32,000 nucleotides of DNA, taken from NCBI RefSeq assembly GCF_001481685.1, contig NZ_CP006867.1, positions 1,110,001-1,142,000 of the forward strand, written 5' to 3'. The stretch comes from Ignicoccus islandicus DSM 13165. GTDB taxonomy: Archaea; Thermoproteota; Thermoprotei_A; Sulfolobales; Ignicoccaceae. The number at the start of each line of letters is the position of its first letter. The stretch's first letter is position 1. The notes beneath the pieces are model-generated. The model saw nothing but the letters and a program-made list of their open reading frames with translations. It was not told where the DNA came from and searched no databases. Below, piece after piece: positions 1 through 8,651 of this stretch. A program made the translations under genes and the position numbers.

Positions 1-465
1 TTAACTTCTTGGTAATCGCTCAATCCGTCTCCGTCCGTGTCTTGGCTCAAGGGATTGGTATGATAGACGAAGAGCTCTTCGTAGTCAGTTAGACCATCGC
101 TATCGGTATCTGGGTTTATGGGACTCGTGTGGTAAACCTTTACTTCCTCGTAATCGCTTAGACCGTCTCCATCCGTGTCCTTCTTCAACGGGCTCGTGCC
201 GAAGACGATCAATTCGTTGTAATCGCTTAGCCCATCCCCGTCCGTGTCCTTACTTAAGGGGTTGGTTCCGTAGACCTTTATCTCCTCGTAGTCCGTTAGA
301 CCGTCCTCGTCGCTGTCCTTCATGAGTGGATTGGTGTGGTAAACCTTGACTTCTTGGTAATCAGTTAGACCGTCCTTATCAGTATCGTTGCTGAGCGGGT
401 TAGTGCCATATATTTTGACTTCGTCGAAAGCGTTCAAGCCGTCCTTATCGGGGTCAGTTAGACTT
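1..465 (-). repeat. Tandem 69-bp coding repeats (about 7 copies) encoding the D-x-D-x-D-G units
   Basis: Related words recur with a 69-nt period. Examples: gtaatcgct[ct]a[ag]nccgtctcc[ga]tccgtgtc near 11, 150 and 219, and diverged copies near 81, 288, 356 and 421. Confidence 0.8.
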
Positions 466-1190
466 ACGTTAAGGAAAAGCGCTGCTCCAGAAAGGTCCTT
501 CGAGAGAAGTATTACGGCGCTGTCTACGTCTTTCGTGACCCAGTATAGTTTCACCGTTACGTTCCCTTTAGTTACGTTAATGTCGTAAACGCGCTTGCTT
601 AACGGGAAGGCAATTTGCTTCGGACTAATTCCAGCGATTTCGCCGTTCTTTACTACTATGGTAAATAACTTGGGATAGTCGGAAGTCTTAACGTTAAATG
701 TTAGCAGTAATTTGCCTATGGATGCATATAGGTTCTCTAGAACGTCCCTGAGGTTATTCTCGAAACTGAGTCTAACTGTGGTCGAATTAGTTACGAAGGA
801 GCATTTCTCTATAGGAACACTTAACTCATTCGTTTGGACGTTCAAAGCCACGTTAAATGTACTGACCGTCTTATTGGCCGCGTTCCTAAGTTCTATCTTC
901 AAGGCATTACATGGGAATGTGTAGTTGAGTTCCTTCAGTGGTATCTCTAGTTTAATTAAGGTTGAGACGTGATTCAAGGGTACGTAGTATTCCTCGGAAG
1001 TTATACCGCAAGCATCGACCACAACCTTCATGGTAGCAGCGTTCTCTAGGGTTAGAGGTACTGCTACGAACGGCTTCGGGTAATCCTTGGAAATCTCGCA
1101 GATTATAGCGTTAGGTGCGTTTATAGTTGGAAGTTGCATAGCGACGGAGGCAAATATCAGTGCCGAAATTACGAAGACCGTTTTCTTCAA
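1..1190 (-). CDS. Secreted protein with thrombospondin type-3-like Ca-binding repeats (3' end beyond the left edge)
   Basis: Absent from the ORF track because it runs off the window. Minus-strand translation from TTG (complement of 1188-1190) gives (M)KKTVFVISALIFASVAMQ..., a signal-peptide-like N-terminus. About 240 aa of beta-rich sequence with N-x-S/T sequons follows. Then come at least 7 tandem ~23-aa units such as DTDGDGLSDYEEVKVYHTNPL (D-x-D-x-D-G-L-x-D-Y-x-E). The frame stays open to position 1. Confidence 0.75.
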   Translation of the reverse strand, partial: MKKTVFVISALIFASVAMQLPTINAPNAIICEISKDYPKPFVAVPLTLENAATMKVVVDACGITSEEYYVPLNHVSTLIKLEIPLKELNYTFPCNALKIELRNAANKTVSTFNVALNVQTNELSVPIEKCSFVTNSTTVRLSFENNLRDVLENLYASIGKLLLTFNVKTSDYPKLFTIVVKNGEIAGISPKQIAFPLSKRVYDINVTKGNVTVKLYWVTKDVDSAVILLSKDLSGAALFLNVSLTDPDKDGLNAFDEVKIYGTNPLSNDTDKDGLTDYQEVKVYHTNPLMKDSDEDGLTDYEEIKVYGTNPLSKDTDGDGLSDYNELIVFGTSPLKKDTDGDGLSDYEEVKVYHTSPINPDTDSDGLTDYEELFVYHTNPLSQDTDGDGLSDYQEV

Positions 1191-1266
1191 AGCAATTATC
1201 CCGTGAAAAAGAACCAGAGGACTATATTTTTCCTTATCCTCCTTACCGAGTATAACGAGTTTTAAT

Positions 1267-1905
1267 TCAAGCTATTTTGAAGGTTAGACCCTTTACCTCA
1301 TCTAGGGTATGTCTCTCAAACTTTATGCCGCCTTCGGTAATTATAGCCACGTCTATGCCTTCTCCCGAAGCAGTGTCTCTCTGGGTAGCGGCGTAGACTG
1401 CCTTGAGAGCTAACTTAACAGCTTCCTCTACCTCCATGTCTTCTCTATATTCAGCTTCTAAGACGCCTACTGCCATAGGCGATCCCGAGCCCGTTACGAG
1501 GAACTTCTCTTCTGCAACTGTTCCGAACCAATCCAAACTGAAGAGTCTCGGTGCCGTGTCGTAACCTCCTAATAGGAACTGAACTATGTATGGGTAATAC
1601 CTAGACGCTCCAAACAATATGTTGGAAAGGAAGGTGGCAGCTGCCCTTACGCTCATCCTTTTTCCGACGCTTAACTCATATCTCTTTACTTCGTTCCTCA
1701 GTACTTCGGCTAACATCTGAGCGTCTGCAACTAGGCCGGCCGTAGTTAAGGCCATGTAATCGGAAATCTTTATTATTTTTACCACGTTCTTGTGTACAAT
1801 CATGTTTCCAGCAGTAGCCCTCTTATCTGCCGCTAGAATTACTGCGTTTGAAGTCCTTATACCAACGGTAGTTGTGCCCTTGATTGGTTTAGGTTTATAG
1901 TCCAT
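1267..1905 (-). CDS. psmB: Proteasome beta subunit
   Basis: 212 aa. A short propeptide is followed by the catalytic TTTVGIRTSNAVILAADKRATAG (Ntn-hydrolase Thr1 motif). ATG start. Confidence 0.95.
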   Translation of the reverse strand: MDYKPKPIKGTTTVGIRTSNAVILAADKRATAGNMIVHKNVVKIIKISDYMALTTAGLVADAQMLAEVLRNEVKRYELSVGKRMSVRAAATFLSNILFGASRYYPYIVQFLLGGYDTAPRLFSLDWFGTVAEEKFLVTGSGSPMAVGVLEAEYREDMEVEEAVKLALKAVYAATQRDTASGEGIDVAIITEGGIKFERHTLDEVKGLTFKIA

Positions 1906-1951
1906 TTTCTTATCCCTATGAGCTTGGCACTGTGGAAGGCAAAAAAACCGT

Positions 1952-2140
1952 TTACCTAAGCCTCTGCCTAGTCCAAGATTTCTTGTTCTGCCAACTGTAC
2001 CTTCTCATTCTCTTAGACCTACCGTAACCGCAAGCAACGCAGTAGCCCTTACTTACGTTGAATGAATGTCTTCCACATCTTCTACATCTTATATGGGTCT
2101 TGTTTTTGTTCATTTTACCGAACGAAGGCGTACCCTTCAC
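1952..2140 (-). CDS. rpl37e: 50S ribosomal protein L37e
   Basis: 62 aa. KGTPSFGK...[22 protein letters not shown] is the L37e zinc ribbon. GTG start. Forms the conserved Sm-L37e pair. Confidence 0.95.
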   Translation of the reverse strand: MKGTPSFGKMNKNKTHIRCRRCGRHSFNVSKGYCVACGYGRSKRMRRYSWQNKKSWTRQRLR

Positions 2141-2154
2141 TTCTACTCACCACC

Positions 2155-2382
2155 TTAGCCGTTGAGTACAGGAGATACAAATACTACGCTATCTCCTCTA
2201 ATTAGAATTTTACCTAAAGGCTTACTTCCGTTCTCCTTAACCTCCTCGGCGTCTTCTAGTACTATGTTTAAGTGCATATCAAAGGTCCTTAACTTACCTC
2301 TAACGACTCCAGACCTTAGCTTTATCAGTACGATTGATCCCAAGGCGTCCGCTAAGAGCTTATGAGCGGTGCTCATTCTCAC
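2155..2382 (-). CDS. Sm-like (LSm/SmAP) RNA-binding protein
   Basis: Sm1/Sm2 pattern: IVLIKLRSGVVRGKLRTFDMHLNIVLEDAEEV...ILIRGDSVVFVSP. The start may instead be the ATG at 2376. Confidence 0.9.
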   Translation of the reverse strand: MRMSTAHKLLADALGSIVLIKLRSGVVRGKLRTFDMHLNIVLEDAEEVKENGSKPLGKILIRGDSVVFVSPVLNG

Positions 2383-2419
2383 GTACCCAGCCTTGCCCTC
2401 ACTTTAAAGTTATAAATAG

Positions 2420-4648
2420 TTAATTTGGCGCGAGTTCGCCTAGGCCTCCGCCCTTCAAGTTTTCCTTGGCTAACTCCCTCTTAACCTCCCTTAGTTTCCT
2501 TACTTGGACTATTTCCCACTTAGGTTCCAATTTGTAAAGTTCCAATCTGGCTAACCCTTGCCTATAGAATATTCCCCCTAAGTCGTGGTCTATGTCCCAA
2601 ACGTCTACCACTAACCCCTTCTTCTTTCCGGGATAAGGTCTGGTCACTCTTCCTATTCTCTGCAACGTTCGGGTTTGAGACCTGCCGCCGGCAGCCAATA
2701 TTAATGTCCTCAACGGAGGTATGTCCAGGCCTTCGTCTGCTAGAGTGGTGGCTATCAGAACGTCGAGTTTCTCTTCTTTTACCAATCTCAACGCAGTGCT
2801 CCTTTGGGCGGAGCTCTCCTTTCCAGTTAGTACCATTGAGCTCATTCCCTTTGACTTAATTGCGCTATATATTTCGTTAGCGTGCTTTATCTCTTTTGTT
2901 AGCACTAGAACAGGTTTGGGTGCCGAGAGCGCTATTTCGGCTATTTCCTCGTTCCTCTTCTCATTATAGAATACATAGTTTTTCAATTTAGCGTACTTCC
3001 TAGCCCCGCTGAGCCCTTGCAGTTCCGATAACGCCTCTTTCGGTATCTCGAGCTGTCTCCTCCACATTATTATCTTTACGGGAACTAAGTAGCCTTTTTC
3101 TATGAGTTCACTCGACGTAATCTTCCTTTCAGCGACGTCTCCAACTAAAGCGTAGATCAACACGTCCCTTCCATCGTCTCGCCAAGGAGTGGCAGAGAGA
3201 CCCAAGCGAAGGGAGCTCTTATTATAACTCAAGACCTCGCTTACCGTTCTAGCTGGAACGTGTTGCACCTCGTCCACTATTACTAGTCCGGCCTTCTCGT
3301 ATTCGCTTACTAACTTCGACGCTTTTTCAGTGCCCAGTTCAACCCAGTCGATCAAGATCTCCTCTGCTACTTCTTTCTCCTTAATGGATCTAACTTTACC
3401 TAACTTCTCTAGGGATTTATAGAGCGTCTGAACGGTACAAGCAACGATAGGCTTTTCCACATCGAAATTCTCCGAATCAACTAACCCGGCTTCGAGTCCA
3501 TACTTTTTGAACCTTTCAACTGCTTGAATGTTTAGGGTTCTGTTAAGACTTAGGAAGAATACCTTCCCTGTAACTCCCCTTTCAAGTAACTCCTTCGCTA
3601 CTGCGACCGCCATCTCGGTTTTTCCCGCACCCGTCGCTGCTTGTATAGTGGCTGCCCCTTGCAACCTTAACAGCTTAAGCGCTGAATTCACGGCTTCCCT
3701 TTGATAGTCTCTCAAGAACTCTTGTTTAGTTTCCTCTGGAACTTCAGGAGCGTATCTAATTCCGTAGTCCTTTCCAAGAATTTTCAATACTCTGGACAGA
3801 AGTCCTCTGTAGGTCTCGATAGTGCCGTCGCTCGTATCTATTTCGTAAAGTCTCTTAGTTACGCCCCTTAGTTCCAATTCGTCTCCTACTTGAACCCACT
3901 TGTATTCACAGTAACTGAGACCGCGTTCCCTCCTAAGTTTCTCTAAAGTCGGATTTCTTATTTCGCATTCCTCTAACGGTTCTATTTCGCTCAAGAACTT
4001 CGGTATTTCCTCAATATCAAGCTTGACTACAACCTTATCTCCCTTGAATATTATCTTTCTTTCTTGACCAACCGCTTTTTCAAGAGCTTTGGCAGCAACG
4101 AGTGCCCTAGTTTCCATAGCGTTCCTGAAGATTACTTCAACCACTTCCTTCGGTAAGGGATTATCTGGAGCAACGCAAAACCTTCCATTCTCATATCTCA
4201 TGTACTTCGCAAGTTTCTTGAAGTCCTCGCCATCGAGTTTGCGCAACTTGAAACATAGCTCCCCTTGGACCTCATTCGAAAGTTCGTCTATGTACATATC
4301 TATGTAGCTTAAAGCGTCAACTACAGATTCTCTATTTAGAACTACTTCGAACCTAGACTCCTCATCTCTATACTCTATTCCTATGCCCATTTCGGAGAGT
4401 TCTTCGAGGAGTCCTATTACGTTCTCCGCTTCCGGTAAGCGAAATTGCGGTTTCAAGTACCAATTCTTCGACTCTCTGTCCCAGTTGGCCTTCAATTCCC
4501 TCATTATTTCTAACTGCCTTTTGAACTCTGAGTCCGTTAGCGATCGTTTCTTAATGAAAACTAGCTTTGGATTCTTGGCACCTAATCGCTCAAGTAGTTC
4601 CTCGTCGAATAATAGCGTTGCCACTGCTAATACGTTTGGGTCGGTCAT
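2420..4648 (-). CDS. SF2 helicase (XPB/Rad25 or type III Res-like core) with ~310-aa uncharacterised N-terminal region
   Basis: 742 aa. Motifs: LRDYQREAV (Q/Ia-like), AATGAGKT (Walker A), IVDEVQH (DEVH box), LSATP (III), QRIGRVTR (VI). I recognise no motif in residues 1 to about 310. Confidence 0.85.
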   Translation of the reverse strand: MTDPNVLAVATLLFDEELLERLGAKNPKLVFIKKRSLTDSEFKRQLEIMRELKANWDRESKNWYLKPQFRLPEAENVIGLLEELSEMGIGIEYRDEESRFEVVLNRESVVDALSYIDMYIDELSNEVQGELCFKLRKLDGEDFKKLAKYMRYENGRFCVAPDNPLPKEVVEVIFRNAMETRALVAAKALEKAVGQERKIIFKGDKVVVKLDIEEIPKFLSEIEPLEECEIRNPTLEKLRRERGLSYCEYKWVQVGDELELRGVTKRLYEIDTSDGTIETYRGLLSRVLKILGKDYGIRYAPEVPEETKQEFLRDYQREAVNSALKLLRLQGAATIQAATGAGKTEMAVAVAKELLERGVTGKVFFLSLNRTLNIQAVERFKKYGLEAGLVDSENFDVEKPIVACTVQTLYKSLEKLGKVRSIKEKEVAEEILIDWVELGTEKASKLVSEYEKAGLVIVDEVQHVPARTVSEVLSYNKSSLRLGLSATPWRDDGRDVLIYALVGDVAERKITSSELIEKGYLVPVKIIMWRRQLEIPKEALSELQGLSGARKYAKLKNYVFYNEKRNEEIAEIALSAPKPVLVLTKEIKHANEIYSAIKSKGMSSMVLTGKESSAQRSTALRLVKEEKLDVLIATTLADEGLDIPPLRTLILAAGGRSQTRTLQRIGRVTRPYPGKKKGLVVDVWDIDHDLGGIFYRQGLARLELYKLEPKWEIVQVRKLREVKRELAKENLKGGGLGELAPN

Positions 4649-4724
4649 TTTCGTTAGGTACCGCTCTTGCTTTAACGGATCAGCTTTATCAATGAATTAG
4701 CGAACGGTCCTTCCTAGCGAATGA

Positions 4725-4732
4725 CTTATAAT
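4725..4732 (+). promoter_or_regulatory. Candidate TATA box for the tRNA gene
   Basis: cttataat lies about 30 nt upstream of tRNA position 1 (4760). Confidence 0.4.
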
Positions 4733-4759
4733 CTTCAATGCTTGCCACCTAAACCGGGT

Positions 4760-4863
4760 GCCGCCGTAGCTCAGCCGGGCAGAGCGCCGGGCCCATATGG
4801 CACCGGAGAGAACCGATCTGGGAAACCCGGTGGCCCGGGGTTCAAATCCCCGCGGCGGCACCA
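4760..4863 (+). tRNA. tRNA(CAU), elongator Met-like (Ile2 not excluded), with a 27-nt intron and an encoded CCA
   Basis: Manual cloverleaf. Acceptor GCCGCCG/CGGCGGC. D arm GCTC-AGCCGGGCA-GAGC. Anticodon stem CCGGG/CCCGG. Loop CC-CAT-A[intron]A. Variable region TGGCC. T arm CGGGG-TTCAAAT-CCCCG. Discriminator A, then CCA. G1-C72 argues against an initiator tRNA. Confidence 0.9.
4798..4824 (+). other. tRNA intron at the canonical 37/38 position with a bulge-helix-bulge motif
   Basis: The 4-bp central helix pairs CCCA (4792-4795) with TGGG (4819-4822). It is flanked by 3-nt bulges TAT (4796-4798) and AAA (4823-4825). The outer helices are the anticodon stem and GG/TC plus CGG/CCG inside the intron. 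Confidence 0.8.
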
Positions 4864-4886
4864 CGTTTCCCACAGAGGGTAAAACG

Positions 4887-5537
4887 ATGGCGACCTTGAC
4901 CGTTTTAGTAGATAACGAAGCAGAGAAACCGCTGAAAGAGGCATGGGGTCTCTCAATCCTCGTTGAGATAGGTAACTTAAAGGTTCTATGGGATACCGGT
5001 CCTGATCCTAAGGTATTGAAGTACAACGCGTCCGTTCTAGGCAAAGACCTAACGGTTGACTACTTGGTTCTAAGTCACAGGCATTGGGATCACGTTGGAG
5101 GCATCAGCGTAGTGAATTACGGAAAGGCAATAGTCCCGAGCGATCCTTTATTTCCCGAGGTACCTAGGAGCGAGGTGAACGATAAAGTAACGAAACTCGC
5201 GCCTAACGTCATCATTACGAGACCATTAAAGGATTTCGATATATGGGAACAAGGATTGGTAGTCATTGGAGAGAAACGTTCAGCTCTACTCGTTGGATGC
5301 AGCCATCCCGGCGTCACCAACATCTACAAATCTGTTATAGAGGACATCGGAATGAGACCGGAAGTGGTAATTGGAGGTTTTCACCTCTATGGGTTACCCA
5401 GGAAGGAAGTAGAAAGAACTTTAGCGAAGCTTAAGGAATTGGGCGCTAAGGAAATACACCCTATCCATTGTTCCGGGAATTACGCTAAACAACTGGCTAA
5501 GGTTAGAACTAAAGCTGGTAGCGTCTTGAGGCTATAG
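4887..5537 (+). CDS. MBL-fold metallo-hydrolase (COG1237-like)
   Basis: HRHWDH (HxHxDH) motif. I moved the start to ATG 4887 (MATLTVLVDNEAEK...), because the track ORF start at 4797 lies inside the tRNA. Confidence 0.85.
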   Translation: MATLTVLVDNEAEKPLKEAWGLSILVEIGNLKVLWDTGPDPKVLKYNASVLGKDLTVDYLVLSHRHWDHVGGISVVNYGKAIVPSDPLFPEVPRSEVNDKVTKLAPNVIITRPLKDFDIWEQGLVVIGEKRSALLVGCSHPGVTNIYKSVIEDIGMRPEVVIGGFHLYGLPRKEVERTLAKLKELGAKEIHPIHCSGNYAKQLAKVRTKAGSVLRL

Positions 5538-5539
5538 GT

Positions 5540-6520
5540 ATGTTAAGAGAGCTTAAGGAGGCTCTGGAAAGGCTCAAGATTACAAATAGGGATAAGGTCC
5601 TAGCTAAGAGGTACGGTTACTTACCTTATATGATAGCTAGATATAGGGAGATGTTAGGTAACCCCGTTCCCTTGTTAAAAGCATTTGAGGAGGAACCTCC
5701 CAATACCATCTTCTGTAACCCAATAAAGGGAAGTTGCAACGAGCTGGTAAAGCGCTTAGAGAAAAGGGGTTTCAAGTTTGAAAAAGTGCCTTGGAGCCCG
5801 TATTGCTTCGAAGCGTCCAAGGAGCCTTACTCCCTTTCATCAACGCCGGAACACTTAGCTGGCTGGTTTTATATACTAGATAAGGCCAGTTGCTTGCCTC
5901 CAATAGTTCTTGATCCTAAGGGAAGAGACAGGGTAGCTGATATGGCAGCCGCACCGGGAGGGAAGACCGTTCAGTTATCCGTCATGATGGGCTTACGTGG
6001 ATACTTGGTGTCTATCGAGAGGAACCCTAAGAGGGCCAAAGCACTCATTTCGAACATTGAAAGGATGGGGCTTCTAAACGTGAAAGTGATAATAGACGAC
6101 GCTTCCAATGCATCGAAGTACGGTCCCTTTGAGAAAGTCCTCTTAGACGCTCCATGTACTGGTGAAGGGGTAATAGGGAGAGACCGGAGTCGGAAGAGGT
6201 CAAAGGGAATAGACGATTTGTTGCTTATGCACAAAGTTCAAGTATTTCTATTAAATAGAGCAATTGATTCCCTAAAAGTGGGTGGCGAAGTAGTTTACAG
6301 TACTTGTTCAATAGCACCGGAAGAAGACGAGGCCGTAATTGCTTCAATTCTAGAAAAGAGGGGGGACGTGGAGGTAACGGATAGCGGTGAGGCGGGAAGT
6401 CCGGGAATAAGTGAATACCTAAATTTGAAATTCCCTTTTGCAAGCAAGTGTAGGAGGCTATGGCCTCACGTCCATGGGAGCGAAGGCTTCTTCGTTTGCA
6501 AGCTTAAGAGGGTTGGTTGA
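5540..6520 (+). CDS. NOL1/NOP2/Sun-family RNA (cytosine-C5)-methyltransferase
   Basis: DMAAAPGGKT (SAM motif I), DAPCTGEG (motif IV Cys), YSTCS (motif VI Cys). Starts 2 nt after the upstream gene. Confidence 0.9.
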   Translation: MLRELKEALERLKITNRDKVLAKRYGYLPYMIARYREMLGNPVPLLKAFEEEPPNTIFCNPIKGSCNELVKRLEKRGFKFEKVPWSPYCFEASKEPYSLSSTPEHLAGWFYILDKASCLPPIVLDPKGRDRVADMAAAPGGKTVQLSVMMGLRGYLVSIERNPKRAKALISNIERMGLLNVKVIIDDASNASKYGPFEKVLLDAPCTGEGVIGRDRSRKRSKGIDDLLLMHKVQVFLLNRAIDSLKVGGEVVYSTCSIAPEEDEAVIASILEKRGDVEVTDSGEAGSPGISEYLNLKFPFASKCRRLWPHVHGSEGFFVCKLKRVG

Positions 6521-7550
6521 ACTTCTCATCGAGTTCCTTAGCCACCTCAATGAACGTCTTCCTAGAGAGCTTCGAGTACTTGTTCCTTTGGATCTCCTCT
6601 ATCACTCCCCTTAACTCGCTGAGTCTCTCGACCACCTCCATCGTTTTCTTTAATGAGTGAGTAACGTAGTCCTTGTAGTTGACCCCGAGCTCCCTAGAGA
6701 GCCTCTCCATGGTTTCTTGAAGGGTCATTAAGGCGAAGTGATGGGGAACTTGAGTTATCGCCATGGCCTTTTCGTGCTCCTCCAAGGTACTAATCACAAC
6801 TCTTAAGCCCATGGCCGTTAGCACGGAGTTCAGTTTACCTATCCAGTAATCATAGCTCTTTAATGGAATGATCACAATTGTTTCGCCGACTGGGTTAACG
6901 TCGGGACCGAAGAGGGGGTGTAGGCTTACGTACTCTATATACTCTGGAAGCTCTTCCAAGATCTTATCGACTATTCCAAGCTTAATAGAGAGGATGTCAC
7001 TCAACAGACTGCCTGAACGCATGTACTTAGTTAAGCTCCTCGCGACCTCTAAGGTGGCCTCTGGAGGGGTGGTTAGTATTAACCACTCTACTTCGCGGGC
7101 CACTTCCTCAGGCTCCTTTACGTCTACCTTGAGCCTTTCCGCCAACTCCTTCGCCTTATCCATATTCCTTCCAGTAATTACCACGTTGTGACCGGCCCTA
7201 GAGAAGAGGGCCGCTAGGGTTCTAGCCATACCTCCGTAACCGTATATACCAACGTACAATTTCTCATTTGCATATAATTGAACGCTTCGGGACATCGTGA
7301 GTATTACGTTATATATATCTTCAACGTACCTCCAATCGAGGCCCATCTCAGCTGCCCAAATGCTTCTGCTTTTCAGTACTTCCTCCTCCCTCTCCTCATC
7401 GACTACCGGTAAGTTCAAGCTCTTCTTTATATTCGTTATTTCGCTTACGGTTTCAATCCTTTTCTTTAGAAGTTCTAGTATTTCCCTATCTATTTTATCC
7501 AATTCTCTTCTCTTAACCTTAAGGTATTCGTATGGATTAGTGGGCCTCAT
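6504..7550 (-). CDS. tyrA: Bifunctional chorismate mutase / prephenate dehydrogenase
   Basis: N-terminal AroQ-type helix LDKIDREILELLKKRIE. Rossmann fold VGIYGYGGMARTLA...VVITGRN. PDH signature HPLFGP. Confidence 0.85.
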   Translation of the reverse strand: MRPTNPYEYLKVKRRELDKIDREILELLKKRIETVSEITNIKKSLNLPVVDEEREEEVLKSRSIWAAEMGLDWRYVEDIYNVILTMSRSVQLYANEKLYVGIYGYGGMARTLAALFSRAGHNVVITGRNMDKAKELAERLKVDVKEPEEVAREVEWLILTTPPEATLEVARSLTKYMRSGSLLSDILSIKLGIVDKILEELPEYIEYVSLHPLFGPDVNPVGETIVIIPLKSYDYWIGKLNSVLTAMGLRVVISTLEEHEKAMAITQVPHHFALMTLQETMERLSRELGVNYKDYVTHSLKKTMEVVERLSELRGVIEEIQRNKYSKLSRKTFIEVAKELDEKFNQPS

Positions 7551-8512
7551 AGTTTCGTCCTCCTTTCTAATCTTTTCACGGCGTTAATAATGGATGTACT
7601 ATCCAACCCCTGAGCTATTATGAGTTGCCTCACGTCCCTAGCTGATCTGCCGTATCCCCTTGCACCCATTATTTCCATTGGAGGTGGGGGCGAAGTAGAA
7701 GTTGAGTGTTGCAACAAGAACTCGGCCACTGCTGAACCTAAACCGCCTCTTACGGAGTGTTCCTCAATAGTTACTATACCGTTGAAGTTGAACAGTTTCG
7801 TTAACGTTTGAGTGTCCAATGGCTTTACGGTGTGCATGTTGATAACCGCTACGCTAATTCCGTTTTCCCTCAAGTGATCGGCGGCTTTGAGCGCGTCCCA
7901 TAGAAGTGGGCCGTTGCCGACTATTACGTAATCGTGACCGTCTCTTAACCACTCGGCCTTACCTATCTCGAATTCATAATCCTCCTTGTGTATTGTTGGT
8001 CCGTAGTCTCTCCCTATCCTCATGTAAACGGGGGTAGGGTAATCGAGAATGGCCTTAGTTGCCTTGTAAACCTCTAGTGGGTCCGCGGGAACTACTACTG
8101 TCATACACGGTAAAGTCCTCATCAACGCTACGTCTTCTAAACACTGGTGACTAGAACCATCCCCAGCATCAGAGAAGCCCGCATGAGTGGCTACGACCTT
8201 TACGTTCACGTGCGCTCTGCATATCATGTTCCTCATCTGCTCCCATGCTCTCATTAGGAACATGGCGAAGGCGCTAGCGAGAGGTAGGAAGCCCACAGCC
8301 GAGAGCCCCGCGCTCATACCGATCATTGCTTGTTCCGATATGCCGACGTTGATGAAGCGATCAGGGAACTTCTCAGCGAACCACTTGGTTCTGGTCGCAT
8401 CGGCTACGTCGGCAGTTAAGACGACTAAATCCTTCCTCTTCTCTCCCTCCTCTACTAACGACTTACCGAAAGCGTCCCTAGGTGATCTCAAATTTTCCCA
8501 CCGCAATCCCAC
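7547..8512 (-). CDS. Transketolase, C-terminal (pyrimidine-binding + C-terminal domain) subunit
   Basis: 321 aa. GISEQAMIGMSAGLSAVGFLPLASAFAMF is typical of the Pyr domain. GTG start. 4-nt overlap with tyrA. Confidence 0.9.
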   Translation of the reverse strand: MGLRWENLRSPRDAFGKSLVEEGEKRKDLVVLTADVADATRTKWFAEKFPDRFINVGISEQAMIGMSAGLSAVGFLPLASAFAMFLMRAWEQMRNMICRAHVNVKVVATHAGFSDAGDGSSHQCLEDVALMRTLPCMTVVVPADPLEVYKATKAILDYPTPVYMRIGRDYGPTIHKEDYEFEIGKAEWLRDGHDYVIVGNGPLLWDALKAADHLRENGISVAVINMHTVKPLDTQTLTKLFNFNGIVTIEEHSVRGGLGSAVAEFLLQHSTSTSPPPPMEIMGARGYGRSARDVRQLIIAQGLDSTSIINAVKRLERRTKL

Positions 8513-8613
8513 AAAATGAACAGATTATAAGGTATGTCGGTGAGGTCCCTACTCGTCACCCTTCAGCGCAAATAGCCTTCCTCATCCACTAGTTTCAATG
8601 CCCCCTTACACAA

Positions 8614-8621
8614 TTTATAAA
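8614..8621 (+). promoter_or_regulatory. Candidate TATA box for the RimK-like gene (near-leaderless)
   Basis: tttataaa lies about 30-35 nt upstream of the TTG start at 8652. Confidence 0.45.
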
Positions 8622-8651
8622 GCTCTCAATTCCGAGGCATCGTGATGTTCT

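Noticed and set aside
4760-4863. The tRNA gene as an integration site for a mobile element
   Set aside because: I found no integrase gene, no second copy of the tRNA 3' half within the window, and no compositional break next to the tRNA.
4697-5044. Track ORFs 4697-5044(-) and 4771-4956(-), and the first 30 codons of 4797-5537(+), all covering the tRNA gene
   Set aside because: They overlap a well-folding tRNA. The MBL gene has a good ATG at 4887, directly after the tRNA.
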